Assembly: GCA_964618725.1 (NCBI GenBank)
Contig: CAZUBK010000001.1
Span: 260,908 to 324,907, forward strand
Source: an uncultured Pseudomonadales bacterium
GTDB lineage: Bacteria > Patescibacteriota > Microgenomatia > UBA1400 > Chazhemtobacteraceae
DNA: 64,000 nucleotides
Reading direction: 5' to 3'
Shown: piece by piece, positions 37,586 to 45,821 of the stretch
Layout: the number at the start of each line of letters is the position of its first letter
How positions within the stretch are numbered: the first letter of the stretch is position 1
Translations under genes and position numbers: made by a program
The notes under the pieces: generated by a model
The model's database searches: none
What the model was told of the DNA's origin: nothing
What the model saw: only the letters and a program-made list of their open reading frames with translations

Positions 37586-37608
37586 GGGTCATCGAAAGGA
37601 GGTGGCCA

Positions 37609-37803
37609 ATGAACCTTTTAGGTCTTATTTTGGCAGCCGCTCTTTTAGTCTATGTGTGCCTGGCATGGCACACTATCGCAGGCCTTGACATGATCTTCTC
37701 AAAGGTCATGAAGAAGGGCTCGATCCAAACAGCGGTGGTGGCCTACTTCGCCATTGCCATTGTTTGGGTAGTAGGCTTTTTCTTCGCCTTCGTGGCGAAA
37801 TAA
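37609..37803 (+). CDS. Small two-TM membrane protein (64 aa)
   Basis: Strong SD GGAGGTG. MNLLGLILAAALLVYVCLAW... (the track start at 37564 is further upstream). Confidence 0.5.
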   Translation: MNLLGLILAAALLVYVCLAWHTIAGLDMIFSKVMKKGSIQTAVVAYFAIAIVWVVGFFFAFVAK

Positions 37804-37813
37804 GGAGGCAGAA

Positions 37814-37918
37814 ATGCCATTTCTAGCTTTAGCAGTTGGAATCGTGGGAGTGATTTGTTTCGCTTCCACATTCTATCTTATCCCCATGTTGGCGCTCCGG
37901 CTGTGGGGGAAGAAATAG
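37814..37918 (+). CDS. Very small single-TM membrane peptide (34 aa)
   Basis: AAGGAGG-N5-ATG; MPFLALAVGIVGVICFASTFYLIPMLALRLWGKK. Followed by the hairpin at 37924..37946. Confidence 0.4.
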   Translation: MPFLALAVGIVGVICFASTFYLIPMLALRLWGKK

Positions 37919-37923
37919 GAAGA

Positions 37924-37946
37924 AGGGCTCGCAATTGCGAGCCCTT
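37924..37946. terminator. Perfect 9-bp stem hairpin (AGGGCTCGC-aatt-GCGAGCCCT) between convergent genes; probable terminator
   Basis: Hairpin at 37924-37945 followed by TTTCTAT on the plus strand. Sits between the small-ORF operon (+) and the vWA gene end (-). Confidence 0.45.
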
Positions 37947-37969
37947 TCTATATAAAAAAGTGAAGAATA

Positions 37970-38731
37970 TTAGCTGAAGAAGTTCTGGCTGGCCCCGCCG
38001 ATGACGGCCTGGCTGGCGCGGATGACGCTCTTGCTGGTGGTGTTGAAAGCCTTACGGATCTCAGAGTCACCAGATTTCTCATCCATGACATTGCTGGTCG
38101 GGAAACCAATCTGCGCGGCAACCGACTTGCCGTTCATGCCAAAAGCGACGAAGGCGAGGGTGTAAATCTCCTGTTGGAGAAGATCCTTGGCGACCATAGC
38201 AACGGCGGCGGCAGAGTTGCGACTAGCGTTGTCTTCACCATCACTGATGACGACGACAACAATCTTGGTTCGAACGCCTGCGTCACGAAGCGACTGTCCG
38301 TAAGCAACAATACCAGTGAACGCGTCGATAACGGCGTCATAGAGGGCAGTGAAATTGTCGGGGTTATAGCTTTTACGGTCCAGGGTTGGAACATCTGCTA
38401 TTGGCATATAACCATGCCGGAGAATCGATTTGGTATTGAAGAGCCAGGTCGACATGAGGATTGAGTCAGCGGCTTTGGAAGCAATGATGGCCCGAAGATG
38501 GGCATTGTAGGCGTCGATAACGGCGTCTTGATAGATGCTCATACTCCCCGTCATGTCGATAACTTCGACCAGGAGGGTGACTTCGTCACCGGCCAGATCA
38601 TCGACGGCGGTACCTTGGGTGCCAGCCATAGTGGTGGCATTGAGATTATTGACGAGAATGCCGACAGCGTTAGCGCTTAAGCCTTCGTCCTGAGCATTAT
38701 CGAATAAATCTTGGACATTGCCAGTACTCAT
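37970..38731 (-). CDS. von Willebrand factor type A (vWA) domain protein, TerY-like
   Basis: MIDAS motif DMTGSMS (DxSxS) and ISDGEDN. 253 aa, soluble. Confidence 0.8.
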   Translation of the reverse strand: MSTGNVQDLFDNAQDEGLSANAVGILVNNLNATTMAGTQGTAVDDLAGDEVTLLVEVIDMTGSMSIYQDAVIDAYNAHLRAIIASKAADSILMSTWLFNTKSILRHGYMPIADVPTLDRKSYNPDNFTALYDAVIDAFTGIVAYGQSLRDAGVRTKIVVVVISDGEDNASRNSAAAVAMVAKDLLQQEIYTLAFVAFGMNGKSVAAQIGFPTSNVMDEKSGDSEIRKAFNTTSKSVIRASQAVIGGASQNFFS

Positions 38732-38755
38732 TTCTTCTTTTCCTTTCCTTTTTTT

Positions 38756-38781
38756 AAAAGGATTTGGAGAGCCGCTTTCGC
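38756..38781 (-). terminator. 10-bp perfect hairpin (GGAGAGCCGC-tttc-GCGGCTCTCC) between the nicotinamidase and vWA genes; attenuator or terminator-like
   Basis: Perfect inverted repeat. On the minus strand it is followed by AAATCCTTTTAAAAAAA, a mixed A/T tract that makes only a weak U-run. Confidence 0.35.
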
Positions 38782-38796
38782 GGCTCTCCAGCTAGA

Positions 38797-39729
38797 TTAG
38801 CCGATGGTGTCAGTAGTCTTGACGAGCTGAACACCTTTGTTGACCATGTCGGCCAGGGCAGTGTTAGCAAGCCCATCAAAGTCAATGTCGGGGTGAATCA
38901 CTGAGCTAGTGCCGTCTTCCAGAAAACGGAAGCGACGGATAACTTCAGGTTGATTTTTGAAGTACGTGGTTAGCTGCTTCATAGTCTCGAGCACACAGTG
39001 ACTCTTGGCCTCGCCGGCAACATAGACAAGATCGTGGGTGGCGATGGCTTTGAGAATTTCGGTGTTCATAACCCCGGCGGGGTTTTTAACATATTCCACT
39101 TCTGGGGCAAAAATGCCGTAGTGTTCGACTTGAGGCACGGTGCCTTTGAGAATAATGTTGACCTGAGAGTTCTTGGCGGTACTATAGAAAGCGAGGGCTT
39201 CGGAGAGCACTGGCATGAGATTGTGACCCATGGTGCCAAGCATAGTATGTTCCGGCCAGATCATCAGATCTTTTTGAGCATTCTTTTTGAGAGCGGGCAA
39301 GTACTCGCCGATTGACCAAAGAGGGTTGAGAACGGCTTGCCATTTGCCACGATTGACGTCTTCGAGAGTGATCAGAGTGTACGGATCGGGATGTTTGCCA
39401 GTGGCAGGATCAACCCACCAGTGACTGAAGAAGATCTGGTAAGGTTTGTGGCTGTCCAGACTGGCGTAAACAGAGGTGATGTCTTCTGCGTTCTTGTAAA
39501 TGAATTCGACAACGCGAGAAACATCAGCCTGAGAACCAGGAACGGAAAGGTGTCCGGTCGGGTGGACAAAGTCCCACTGCATATCGACCAGAATGAGAGC
39601 AACTTTACGGGGATCCTTGGTATAGGGACGTAGTCCCGCTTTGCTACCTTCGACCGAAAACTCATAAGTGCGAGCATTGTACATATCGGCGAAAGCGTCG
39701 CTTGGCTTGTATAGCGAAGGGTACGACAT
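38797..39729 (-). CDS. Divergent nicotinamidase/pyrazinamidase-like cysteine hydrolase (PncA / isochorismatase family) with an N-terminal extension and internal insert
   Basis: ALILVDMQWDFVHP (catalytic Asp), LDSHKP...FFSHWW (metal-binding D/H/H), WPEH, ILKG (Lys), AGEAKSHCVLET (catalytic Cys). 310 aa. Confidence 0.7.
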   Translation of the reverse strand: MSYPSLYKPSDAFADMYNARTYEFSVEGSKAGLRPYTKDPRKVALILVDMQWDFVHPTGHLSVPGSQADVSRVVEFIYKNAEDITSVYASLDSHKPYQIFFSHWWVDPATGKHPDPYTLITLEDVNRGKWQAVLNPLWSIGEYLPALKKNAQKDLMIWPEHTMLGTMGHNLMPVLSEALAFYSTAKNSQVNIILKGTVPQVEHYGIFAPEVEYVKNPAGVMNTEILKAIATHDLVYVAGEAKSHCVLETMKQLTTYFKNQPEVIRRFRFLEDGTSSVIHPDIDFDGLANTALADMVNKGVQLVKTTDTIG

Positions 39730-39808
39730 TTTTTGCTCCTTTGAGAGAAAAATGATGGGAGATCTTTGGAAAAGGGCGTCTCCCGAAATCCCTCGATACT
39801 GATTTCAA

Positions 39809-41695
39809 TTAGCTTAAGACTAGATGAGTGACAAGATTGTCTTTGACAACGAGTAAGCCACCTTTGTAGGAATACAAAGCATCGCCTTCTTGGACGTGGC
39901 CTTTGGTAGTAGTAAAAGTTTTGCTGTTACCACTTTGAACATCTTCCTGGAGAACACCATCATCGGTAGCATGGAGGAGTTTGCCGGTGCTGTAGGCCAG
40001 GCCATGAAGGCCGGCAGCGGGATGATCTTCTGCGGGTAGGCGAGACGGGGAGTAGGTGACTTGACCTTGGGGGTCAAGAATTTCGGTCCGAAGATAGTTG
40101 ACTCCCAGGTGCTGAGTAAGACGACGGATGAAAATACTCTGACTGGAGTAGCGGACAGTAAGATCGAGTAACGATTCACCAGGATCTAACGGTGAAAGAC
40201 TGAGATTGTCGTAGATACGACCTTCCCAAACTAACCAGTAAAGCTGTTTTTCCAGCATCTGGAAGAATCCAAAAGCAGTTGGTCGATCACTAAAATCATC
40301 GGTTTTGACATTGAACCAAGTCAACTGGTCGATGACTTGGCGAAGGGTATATTCTACAAAGCGACCATCAACCATCTCTCCATAGAGAAGGCTGTCCGAA
40401 ACTATGCGAAAGATGAATCTACTCGAAGCACGGAAGATGGGACGGCGATTGACGGTGAAAAGAGAGGTCTCACTTTTAGCGATCGGTTGAAGTGGATTTG
40501 TGGTTGTATCAAGAAGGAGCAACTGAGTTTTTCCCGGGGGGTTAACCACTAAAATATCTCCAACGACCTCATAGCGAGCTCCCGGCATTTCGTTGAAGAG
40601 TTCATTGCGCGTAACCGGACCACTGCCGCGTTTACAATAGAGGACGGCCTTGCCGGACTCGTAAGCAATTAAATAAATGGTCGTACCGATCAACTTATGA
40701 AAGACAATCGGACCATTGGTTTTGATAAACTCTGTAACAGTAATACCTTTAGTGACCGTTGTCGGCCTGGAGATAATGATGAGGGTGGCAGCGCTACAGA
40801 CAGGGCAAGAGCGCTTGGAGTTGGGATAATAGGTGTTACAACTTTTACACTCAACAAGGCTATCGGTGTAGGCTTTAAGTGTTTCCAAGGGAAACATACC
40901 GCGCTGACCTTTACTAAAGATCTTGTCAAAAGCGTCTAGTAGATCATCGTTGAGGATATCGGGGGTAAAAGCAATCTTAGGATAGGTGACACCGCTATCG
41001 AAAACAGTAATCCGTCTGGCTGCCCGGGTCGTTAATTGTTTGTAGTCTTTGTGAATGCCACCGTAAGGATGGGTTAATAGCAAAGATTTGAACAACATGA
41101 CGGCATAGGAGTACCAATCGTATTCTGGTTTGAAAACAGGCTTAAGACTCAGATTTATCCCGTAGAGCTCAGGAACAAGGAACTGTTCGGTAGCAACGGG
41201 GCAAGGAAAGTGGTCAAACTGCCAGGCATCGACATCAATAAAAAGCATTTCTTGATTGCGAAAGAGGGCGTTGAGATCGTTACTGTCGCCCATAACAAGT
41301 CCATTTGGATGGATTGTCTTTATGGTCGATCCCCCATCAAGAAAAATATTGGCAACCATCTTGTTGTTAACAAGAAAGGAAGCACGATACTTTTTGTTGG
41401 CGAGACTAGTCACTTCCTCAAAACCCTGGCCTAGAAATGGCATAGCAGGTCCAAGAATCTTTTGTCCGGTTGAGTCGTAGACTAAATGTATTGGAGCGGC
41501 TACCCGATCAAGGGGTAGAGTCCAGTGTTTGGCAAGGAAAGCCTCAAGCTTACTACTTCGATTTTGATCAAGCTGGTGCCAGATTTTGATGGCGAGAGAA
41601 GCGTGTTTGTAGACGGTGCCTTCACCGCCGACCCCGATAACGTCTTTCTGAGACAGTCGAAGCCTCTGGCCATTAACTAGAACCTCCATCAACAT
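39809..41695 (-). CDS. Ser/Thr protein-kinase-like protein with zinc ribbon and a C-terminal beta-rich domain (628 aa)
   Basis: Gly-loop GVGGEGTVYK, VAIK-like lysine (LAIKIW), atypical catalytic loop HPNGLVMGDSNDLNALF, DFG-like IDVD, zinc ribbon CKSCN...CPVCS. Confidence 0.7.
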   Translation of the reverse strand: MLMEVLVNGQRLRLSQKDVIGVGGEGTVYKHASLAIKIWHQLDQNRSSKLEAFLAKHWTLPLDRVAAPIHLVYDSTGQKILGPAMPFLGQGFEEVTSLANKKYRASFLVNNKMVANIFLDGGSTIKTIHPNGLVMGDSNDLNALFRNQEMLFIDVDAWQFDHFPCPVATEQFLVPELYGINLSLKPVFKPEYDWYSYAVMLFKSLLLTHPYGGIHKDYKQLTTRAARRITVFDSGVTYPKIAFTPDILNDDLLDAFDKIFSKGQRGMFPLETLKAYTDSLVECKSCNTYYPNSKRSCPVCSAATLIIISRPTTVTKGITVTEFIKTNGPIVFHKLIGTTIYLIAYESGKAVLYCKRGSGPVTRNELFNEMPGARYEVVGDILVVNPPGKTQLLLLDTTTNPLQPIAKSETSLFTVNRRPIFRASSRFIFRIVSDSLLYGEMVDGRFVEYTLRQVIDQLTWFNVKTDDFSDRPTAFGFFQMLEKQLYWLVWEGRIYDNLSLSPLDPGESLLDLTVRYSSQSIFIRRLTQHLGVNYLRTEILDPQGQVTYSPSRLPAEDHPAAGLHGLAYSTGKLLHATDDGVLQEDVQSGNSKTFTTTKGHVQEGDALYSYKGGLLVVKDNLVTHLVLS

Positions 41696-42470
41696 CCTCC
41701 TTTATTAGCATTTCTACGGTAATGAGGGTGACGTCGTCGTAAAAGCGCTTGTCATTTTTGGACCAGACGTTGAGACGGCGTTGTAAACCGGCGGGATTCT
41801 TGAAGCCCCAGATATCATTGATCAGTTCTGACTCGTGTTTCCAAGCATCACTGCCGATAGCGAGACGAGTGATCGTATCAGTTAGATAGATACTTGTCTC
41901 AAATCCGGTCGGAAGGGGGGTGCTTGTTTGTAGGGCGCTTCGGTCGACGAGATGATAGGCGGGATAAAGGGGATGGTCGTCAGAGTCAATAAAGTCAACT
42001 TGATCATTGATGACTATCGTGCCATCTCCGGTATAAAAAACCACGATGATTTCGTCACTGGTAATGAAACCAACGACAGTTGCCAGAAGATGATGCTGAA
42101 TAAAGGCGGCTTTGTCAGTCTGATCAGTAAAAGAGTATTCATTAAGAGTCCTACCTAAGAAACGAAGGAGGTCTGGATAGAGAAGAGAGGGGACGACTGA
42201 TGTAGCTACTCCTTGTTTGAGAAGCATGACTGCCTCATGAACTAGAAAGGTACTAGTTAACCGAGACCCAATTTCTGTATGCATATCTTTCTTTTCTTCG
42301 TCGGCGCCGGAACAACCATCACTAACAATGCCGATGATAATGTGTTGTCCATTGATTTCGCCATCAAATAGGGCAAGGGAATCTTGATTATTGATGAAAC
42401 TGAGAAGGTGTCCGCGCCCGGCGTGTGTAGCTTTGCGAACTTGATAGTCTTTAGCCATTATTTCCTCCAT
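41673..42470 (-). CDS. PP2C-family Ser/Thr protein phosphatase
   Basis: PP2C metal-binding motifs: IVSDGCSGADEE, YTGDGTIV, IGSDAW, DDVTLITVE. 265 aa. 23-nt overlap with the kinase gene. SD GGAGG before the ATG. Confidence 0.75.
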   Translation of the reverse strand: MEEIMAKDYQVRKATHAGRGHLLSFINNQDSLALFDGEINGQHIIIGIVSDGCSGADEEKKDMHTEIGSRLTSTFLVHEAVMLLKQGVATSVVPSLLYPDLLRFLGRTLNEYSFTDQTDKAAFIQHHLLATVVGFITSDEIIVVFYTGDGTIVINDQVDFIDSDDHPLYPAYHLVDRSALQTSTPLPTGFETSIYLTDTITRLAIGSDAWKHESELINDIWGFKNPAGLQRRLNVWSKNDKRFYDDVTLITVEMLIKEDVDGGSS

Positions 42471-42538
42471 TGGCTAATTGAATGGTCACTATCGAGGGAT
42501 TGAGCGACCCATTCATATTCTTCACTTGTTAAAGTTCT

Positions 42539-42555
42539 AATGATCAAGGATCATT
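42539..42555 (-). promoter_or_regulatory. Perfect 17-bp palindrome AATGATCaagGATCATT just downstream of a TTGACA-17-TAAGAT promoter; candidate operator
   Basis: Minus-strand reading: gtgTTGACAagacactaactcttggtGTAAGATactctcacAATGATCCTTGATCATT...GGAGGaaataATG(PP2C). The palindrome sits at the predicted TSS/+1 region. Confidence 0.4.
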
Positions 42556-42632
42556 GTGAGAGTATCTTACACCAAGAGTTAGTGTCTTGTCAACACTTAC
42601 TTTGAGGCTACTTTTTGAATTAGTTCGGGGAG

Positions 42633-43367
42633 CTAGAGAACGGGGATGACTTCTGGGCGGGTAGAAGCGAAGGAGTAGAGTTGGGCGGGGCGATGGGCGG
42701 CGCCACGACTTTGGCGGGGAAGTGGACGCAATAGATTGAGAGCTTGAAGTTTCTTTCGGAAGTTCCGTTTATCGAGGGGTTCACCAAGGATTATTTCATA
42801 GGCCGTTTGTAACTGGGTCAGGGTGAATTCCTTAGGCATTAAGTTATACATGAGGTTGGTATAGCTAAGCTTGGAGCGGAGACGATTAATTGCCTCTTTG
42901 GCGACTTCTTCATGGTCATAGGCGAGCTTTGGCAGAGCATTGACGGGATACCAATATGTGCCTGGAAATTCGGTTTGGTTGGGGTTGAGATCAATATCGG
43001 AAGGGATGAGAATAAAATATGCGACTGAGACAACGCGACCGATTGGGTCACGCCCTGGGTCACCAAAAGTATATAACTGCTCGAAATACGGTTTACGTCG
43101 AGATGTCTTCATAACGGCAGAGTAAAAGCGAGAGGCGGCATCCTCAAGCCTTTCATTGACTTTAAGTAACCCACCCGGAAAGGCGAAACGGCCAGGAAAC
43201 TTATCATTCTTGGGTTTGACTAAGAAGGTCTCCAATTGATTTCTTTGTAACCGGAAGATGACAATATCAGTGGCGAGGATAGCGTGAGAAGATGAGTGGT
43301 CGGAATTTATCATAGAGTTCTGTGTATTGGTTACACTTATAATATGGCTAACAGAAGGGGTTGTCAA
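42633..43367 (-). CDS. nrtR: NrtR-like Nudix-related transcriptional regulator (degenerate Nudix domain plus C-terminal winged helix)
   Basis: Nudix-like FPGGLLKVNERLEDAASRFYSAV (the catalytic REx2EE is degenerate). C-terminal LAYDHEEV...FTLTQLQTAYEIILGEPLDKRNFRKKL matches the NrtR wHTH signature. Confidence 0.6.
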   Translation of the reverse strand: MTTPSVSHIISVTNTQNSMINSDHSSSHAILATDIVIFRLQRNQLETFLVKPKNDKFPGRFAFPGGLLKVNERLEDAASRFYSAVMKTSRRKPYFEQLYTFGDPGRDPIGRVVSVAYFILIPSDIDLNPNQTEFPGTYWYPVNALPKLAYDHEEVAKEAINRLRSKLSYTNLMYNLMPKEFTLTQLQTAYEIILGEPLDKRNFRKKLQALNLLRPLPRQSRGAAHRPAQLYSFASTRPEVIPVL

Positions 43368-43395
43368 GCGTTGTATTGAGTAAGATAATGGTGTT

Positions 43396-43749
43396 ATGAG
43401 TGAAGAACCAGGAGAGATAGAAAAATATGCAAGTTTGCTTGGTATCCCCGAGGAAGAGGTAGCGATACTACTACCTGGTTTATCGATGGAGGAAAGGAAA
43501 GCGTTAGATCCGATAAGTTATTGGTCTAAAAAATTAGACCAAACATCCGAAGAAACGGCGGCGCTACTTAAGTCAATGACTCCTGCTGAGAAGACGGAAC
43601 TAGAGAGACGTCTGGCGGAACCAGCAGTGACGATTGAGATTGACGAGGCAAAAAGAAAGAAACAGGTTGAAGAAGTGACGAGTTCGGAATTTTTTCAGGG
43701 TTTAAGAGCAAGAGCGGCGGAGATTCGAGCTAATTCCCAAACCAACTAG
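43396..43749 (+). CDS. Hypothetical acidic protein (117 aa)
   Basis: Intact ORF. The end overlaps the SOD gene stop region (convergent). Confidence 0.45.
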   Translation: MSEEPGEIEKYASLLGIPEEEVAILLPGLSMEERKALDPISYWSKKLDQTSEETAALLKSMTPAEKTELERRLAEPAVTIEIDEAKRKKQVEEVTSSEFFQGLRARAAEIRANSQTN

Positions 43750-44378
43750 CCAGCATTCTTAGCCACTTGTTGCCAGTTGATAATGTTCCAGAAGGCAGTG
43801 ACATAGTCAGCGCGTTTGTTTTGATACTTGAGATAATAAGCATGTTCCCAGACATCCAGACCAAGAAGTGGGGTGTGGCCGTCTGTGAGAGGAGAGTCCT
43901 GATTGGCAGTAGAAGTAATCTTAAGAATACCTTTGTCATCAACTAACCAGGCCCAGCCACTGCCAAAGCGGTTGAGGGCAGCTTCCGTAAAGTCTTCTTT
44001 TAACTTGTCAAAACCTCCCAAATCTTTATCCATTCTTTCTAACAGTTCTTTCGAAGGTTCGCCTCCAGAAGGAGAAAGAATTGCCCAGAAGAAACTATGA
44101 TTGAGGTGGCCACCACCGTGATTTCTAACCGCAGTGCGAATATCTTCAGAGACTAAGTCGAGGTTCTTGATCAGGTCTGTCAGCGGTTTATCGACAATTT
44201 CGGGATGGGCTTCGAGAGCAGCATTGAGTTTGTCTATATATGCTTGGTGATGCTTGCTGTGATGGATCTCCATCGTTCTGGCATCGATATGGGGCTCAAG
44301 AGCGGAATAATCATAGGGGAGAGTGGGGAGAGTGTAGTGCATGGGTTGAATATACACAGGAAAAGTCCAAGTTTGCAA
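43746..44378 (-). CDS. sodA: Fe/Mn superoxide dismutase
   Basis: [14 protein letters not shown]...[19 protein letters not shown], the canonical Fe/Mn-SOD signatures. 210 aa. Confidence 0.9.
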   Translation of the reverse strand: MQTWTFPVYIQPMHYTLPTLPYDYSALEPHIDARTMEIHHSKHHQAYIDKLNAALEAHPEIVDKPLTDLIKNLDLVSEDIRTAVRNHGGGHLNHSFFWAILSPSGGEPSKELLERMDKDLGGFDKLKEDFTEAALNRFGSGWAWLVDDKGILKITSTANQDSPLTDGHTPLLGLDVWEHAYYLKYQNKRADYVTAFWNIINWQQVAKNAG

Positions 44379-44391
44379 CTAATGGTAGGAT

Positions 44392-44706
44392 ATGGGCGTG
44401 AACAAAGAGAGTTTGGTCAGATGTGTTCTCAATCAGAGGGTGGAGTGTCCGAAACAATGTGGGTTATATGATTCTGTTGAATATTGGCAACAGGAGGTGG
44501 CGAACAAACTGGGGATTACGCTTGAAGAGTATCTTAGCGATCTAGATCGAGACAAATTTTTAGATGATCTAAGGATCCAATTGTCAGAGATCATGGATAG
44601 AATGGGATTAAAAGGCTGGTGTCTAAAGCGGCATGAGACAGATATTCTGGAGGAAAGGCCTCTTTTGAGGAAATGGAGAAAGATTGTCGGTGACGATACT
44701 GATTGA
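44392..44706 (+). CDS. Hypothetical protein (104 aa)
   Basis: Intact ORF with no motif I recognise. Confidence 0.4.
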   Translation: MGVNKESLVRCVLNQRVECPKQCGLYDSVEYWQQEVANKLGITLEEYLSDLDRDKFLDDLRIQLSEIMDRMGLKGWCLKRHETDILEERPLLRKWRKIVGDDTD

Positions 44707-44714
44707 CCTCATGA

Positions 44715-45620
44715 TTGATTTGCCTATTTTCTGTGTATACTAGTGTCATGTGGTTTCGTAAGAATGTTTCCTGGATTTTAGTATTAGCCTTGTCGCTGGT
44801 GGTCTTGAGTATGTATCTTGGTAACAGCAGACTGGGAACTGATTTAAGTTTGGGTCAACCGCAGACCCTGATGACCGAGGCAGGTGTGGCGATGATGGAT
44901 AAAGTTGGACTTGTCCCTTCATTTCGTGAGGCAGTCCCAGTGGTACAGGAAGACAGATTAGTGATCAGGGATACAAGTCTTTCTTTGCTGGTCGATGGGG
45001 TCACAGAGACGATAAAGAAGATAGAGGGCTTGGCGACACAACGGGGCGGATATTTGGTCGAATCCAGATTAGAGAAGCCCGAAGAAGGTGAGACTGGAGT
45101 AATCACTATTCGGATACCGACGGATAAACGTGGGGAGATTGTTGAGGAGATTAAAGGCCTTGGCGTTCGAGTTATATCAGAAAACGTAATCGGCGAAGAC
45201 GTAACTGATGAATATGTCGATCTCGAGGCTAGATTGATAACGCTTCTATCAACAAAGCAAAAGCTGGAGGACCTACTTAGCCAAGCAACGGAAGTAAGTC
45301 AAATACTAGAAGTGCAACGCGAGTTGACCAACTTGCAATACCAGATTGATCAACTGAAGGGACAACAGAAGTTCTTGGAGCAATCGGCAAAATTATCAAG
45401 AATTGCGGTGTACCTGGCCACCGACGAGTTAGCTTTGCCATATGCTCCAAGTGACTCCTGGAGGCCAGGAGTAATATTCAAGCAGGCAGTTAGGTCGCTT
45501 GTTAGATCTGTTAGAGATCTAGGGAATCTACTCATATGGGTGATTGTGTACTTACCAGTTTGGCTTCCGATAGTTGGGATAGCTTGGTGGATTGGGATGA
45601 AAAAGAAAAGAAATGGCTAA
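44715..45620 (+). CDS. Membrane-anchored coiled-coil protein (N-terminal TM, C-terminal TM; DUF4349-like architecture)
   Basis: N-terminal TM (WILVLALSLVVLSMYL), a long coiled-coil central region, C-terminal TM (LLIWVIVYLPVWLPIVGIAWWIGM). The real start may be the ATG at 44751. Confidence 0.5.
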   Translation: MICLFSVYTSVMWFRKNVSWILVLALSLVVLSMYLGNSRLGTDLSLGQPQTLMTEAGVAMMDKVGLVPSFREAVPVVQEDRLVIRDTSLSLLVDGVTETIKKIEGLATQRGGYLVESRLEKPEEGETGVITIRIPTDKRGEIVEEIKGLGVRVISENVIGEDVTDEYVDLEARLITLLSTKQKLEDLLSQATEVSQILEVQRELTNLQYQIDQLKGQQKFLEQSAKLSRIAVYLATDELALPYAPSDSWRPGVIFKQAVRSLVRSVRDLGNLLIWVIVYLPVWLPIVGIAWWIGMKKKRNG

Positions 45621-45821
45621 AGGCAGAAAAACATTCCACATTCTGAAGAACTTCCAACCGTTGGGTTTTAGGTCTCCCTGGTGGGTAATTGGCAATTTCT
45701 TTAAAAATGGTGAAGTGGATAGATGGAAGAATAAAGCGGATGAACAAAGATGGAGAAAGAGAGAGCGATAATTGAGCTTTGGTAAATGTTTCTTTTGTAG
45801 GTCTAGTAGCTTAAAATACTG

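Noticed and set aside
37609-37803. Possible KdpF (K+-ATPase F subunit) assignment for the 64-aa peptide (LLVYVCLAW resembles the KdpF LLVYALI motif)
   Set aside because: There are no kdpABC genes nearby, the peptide is twice the KdpF length, and the similarity is limited to a generic hydrophobic stretch.
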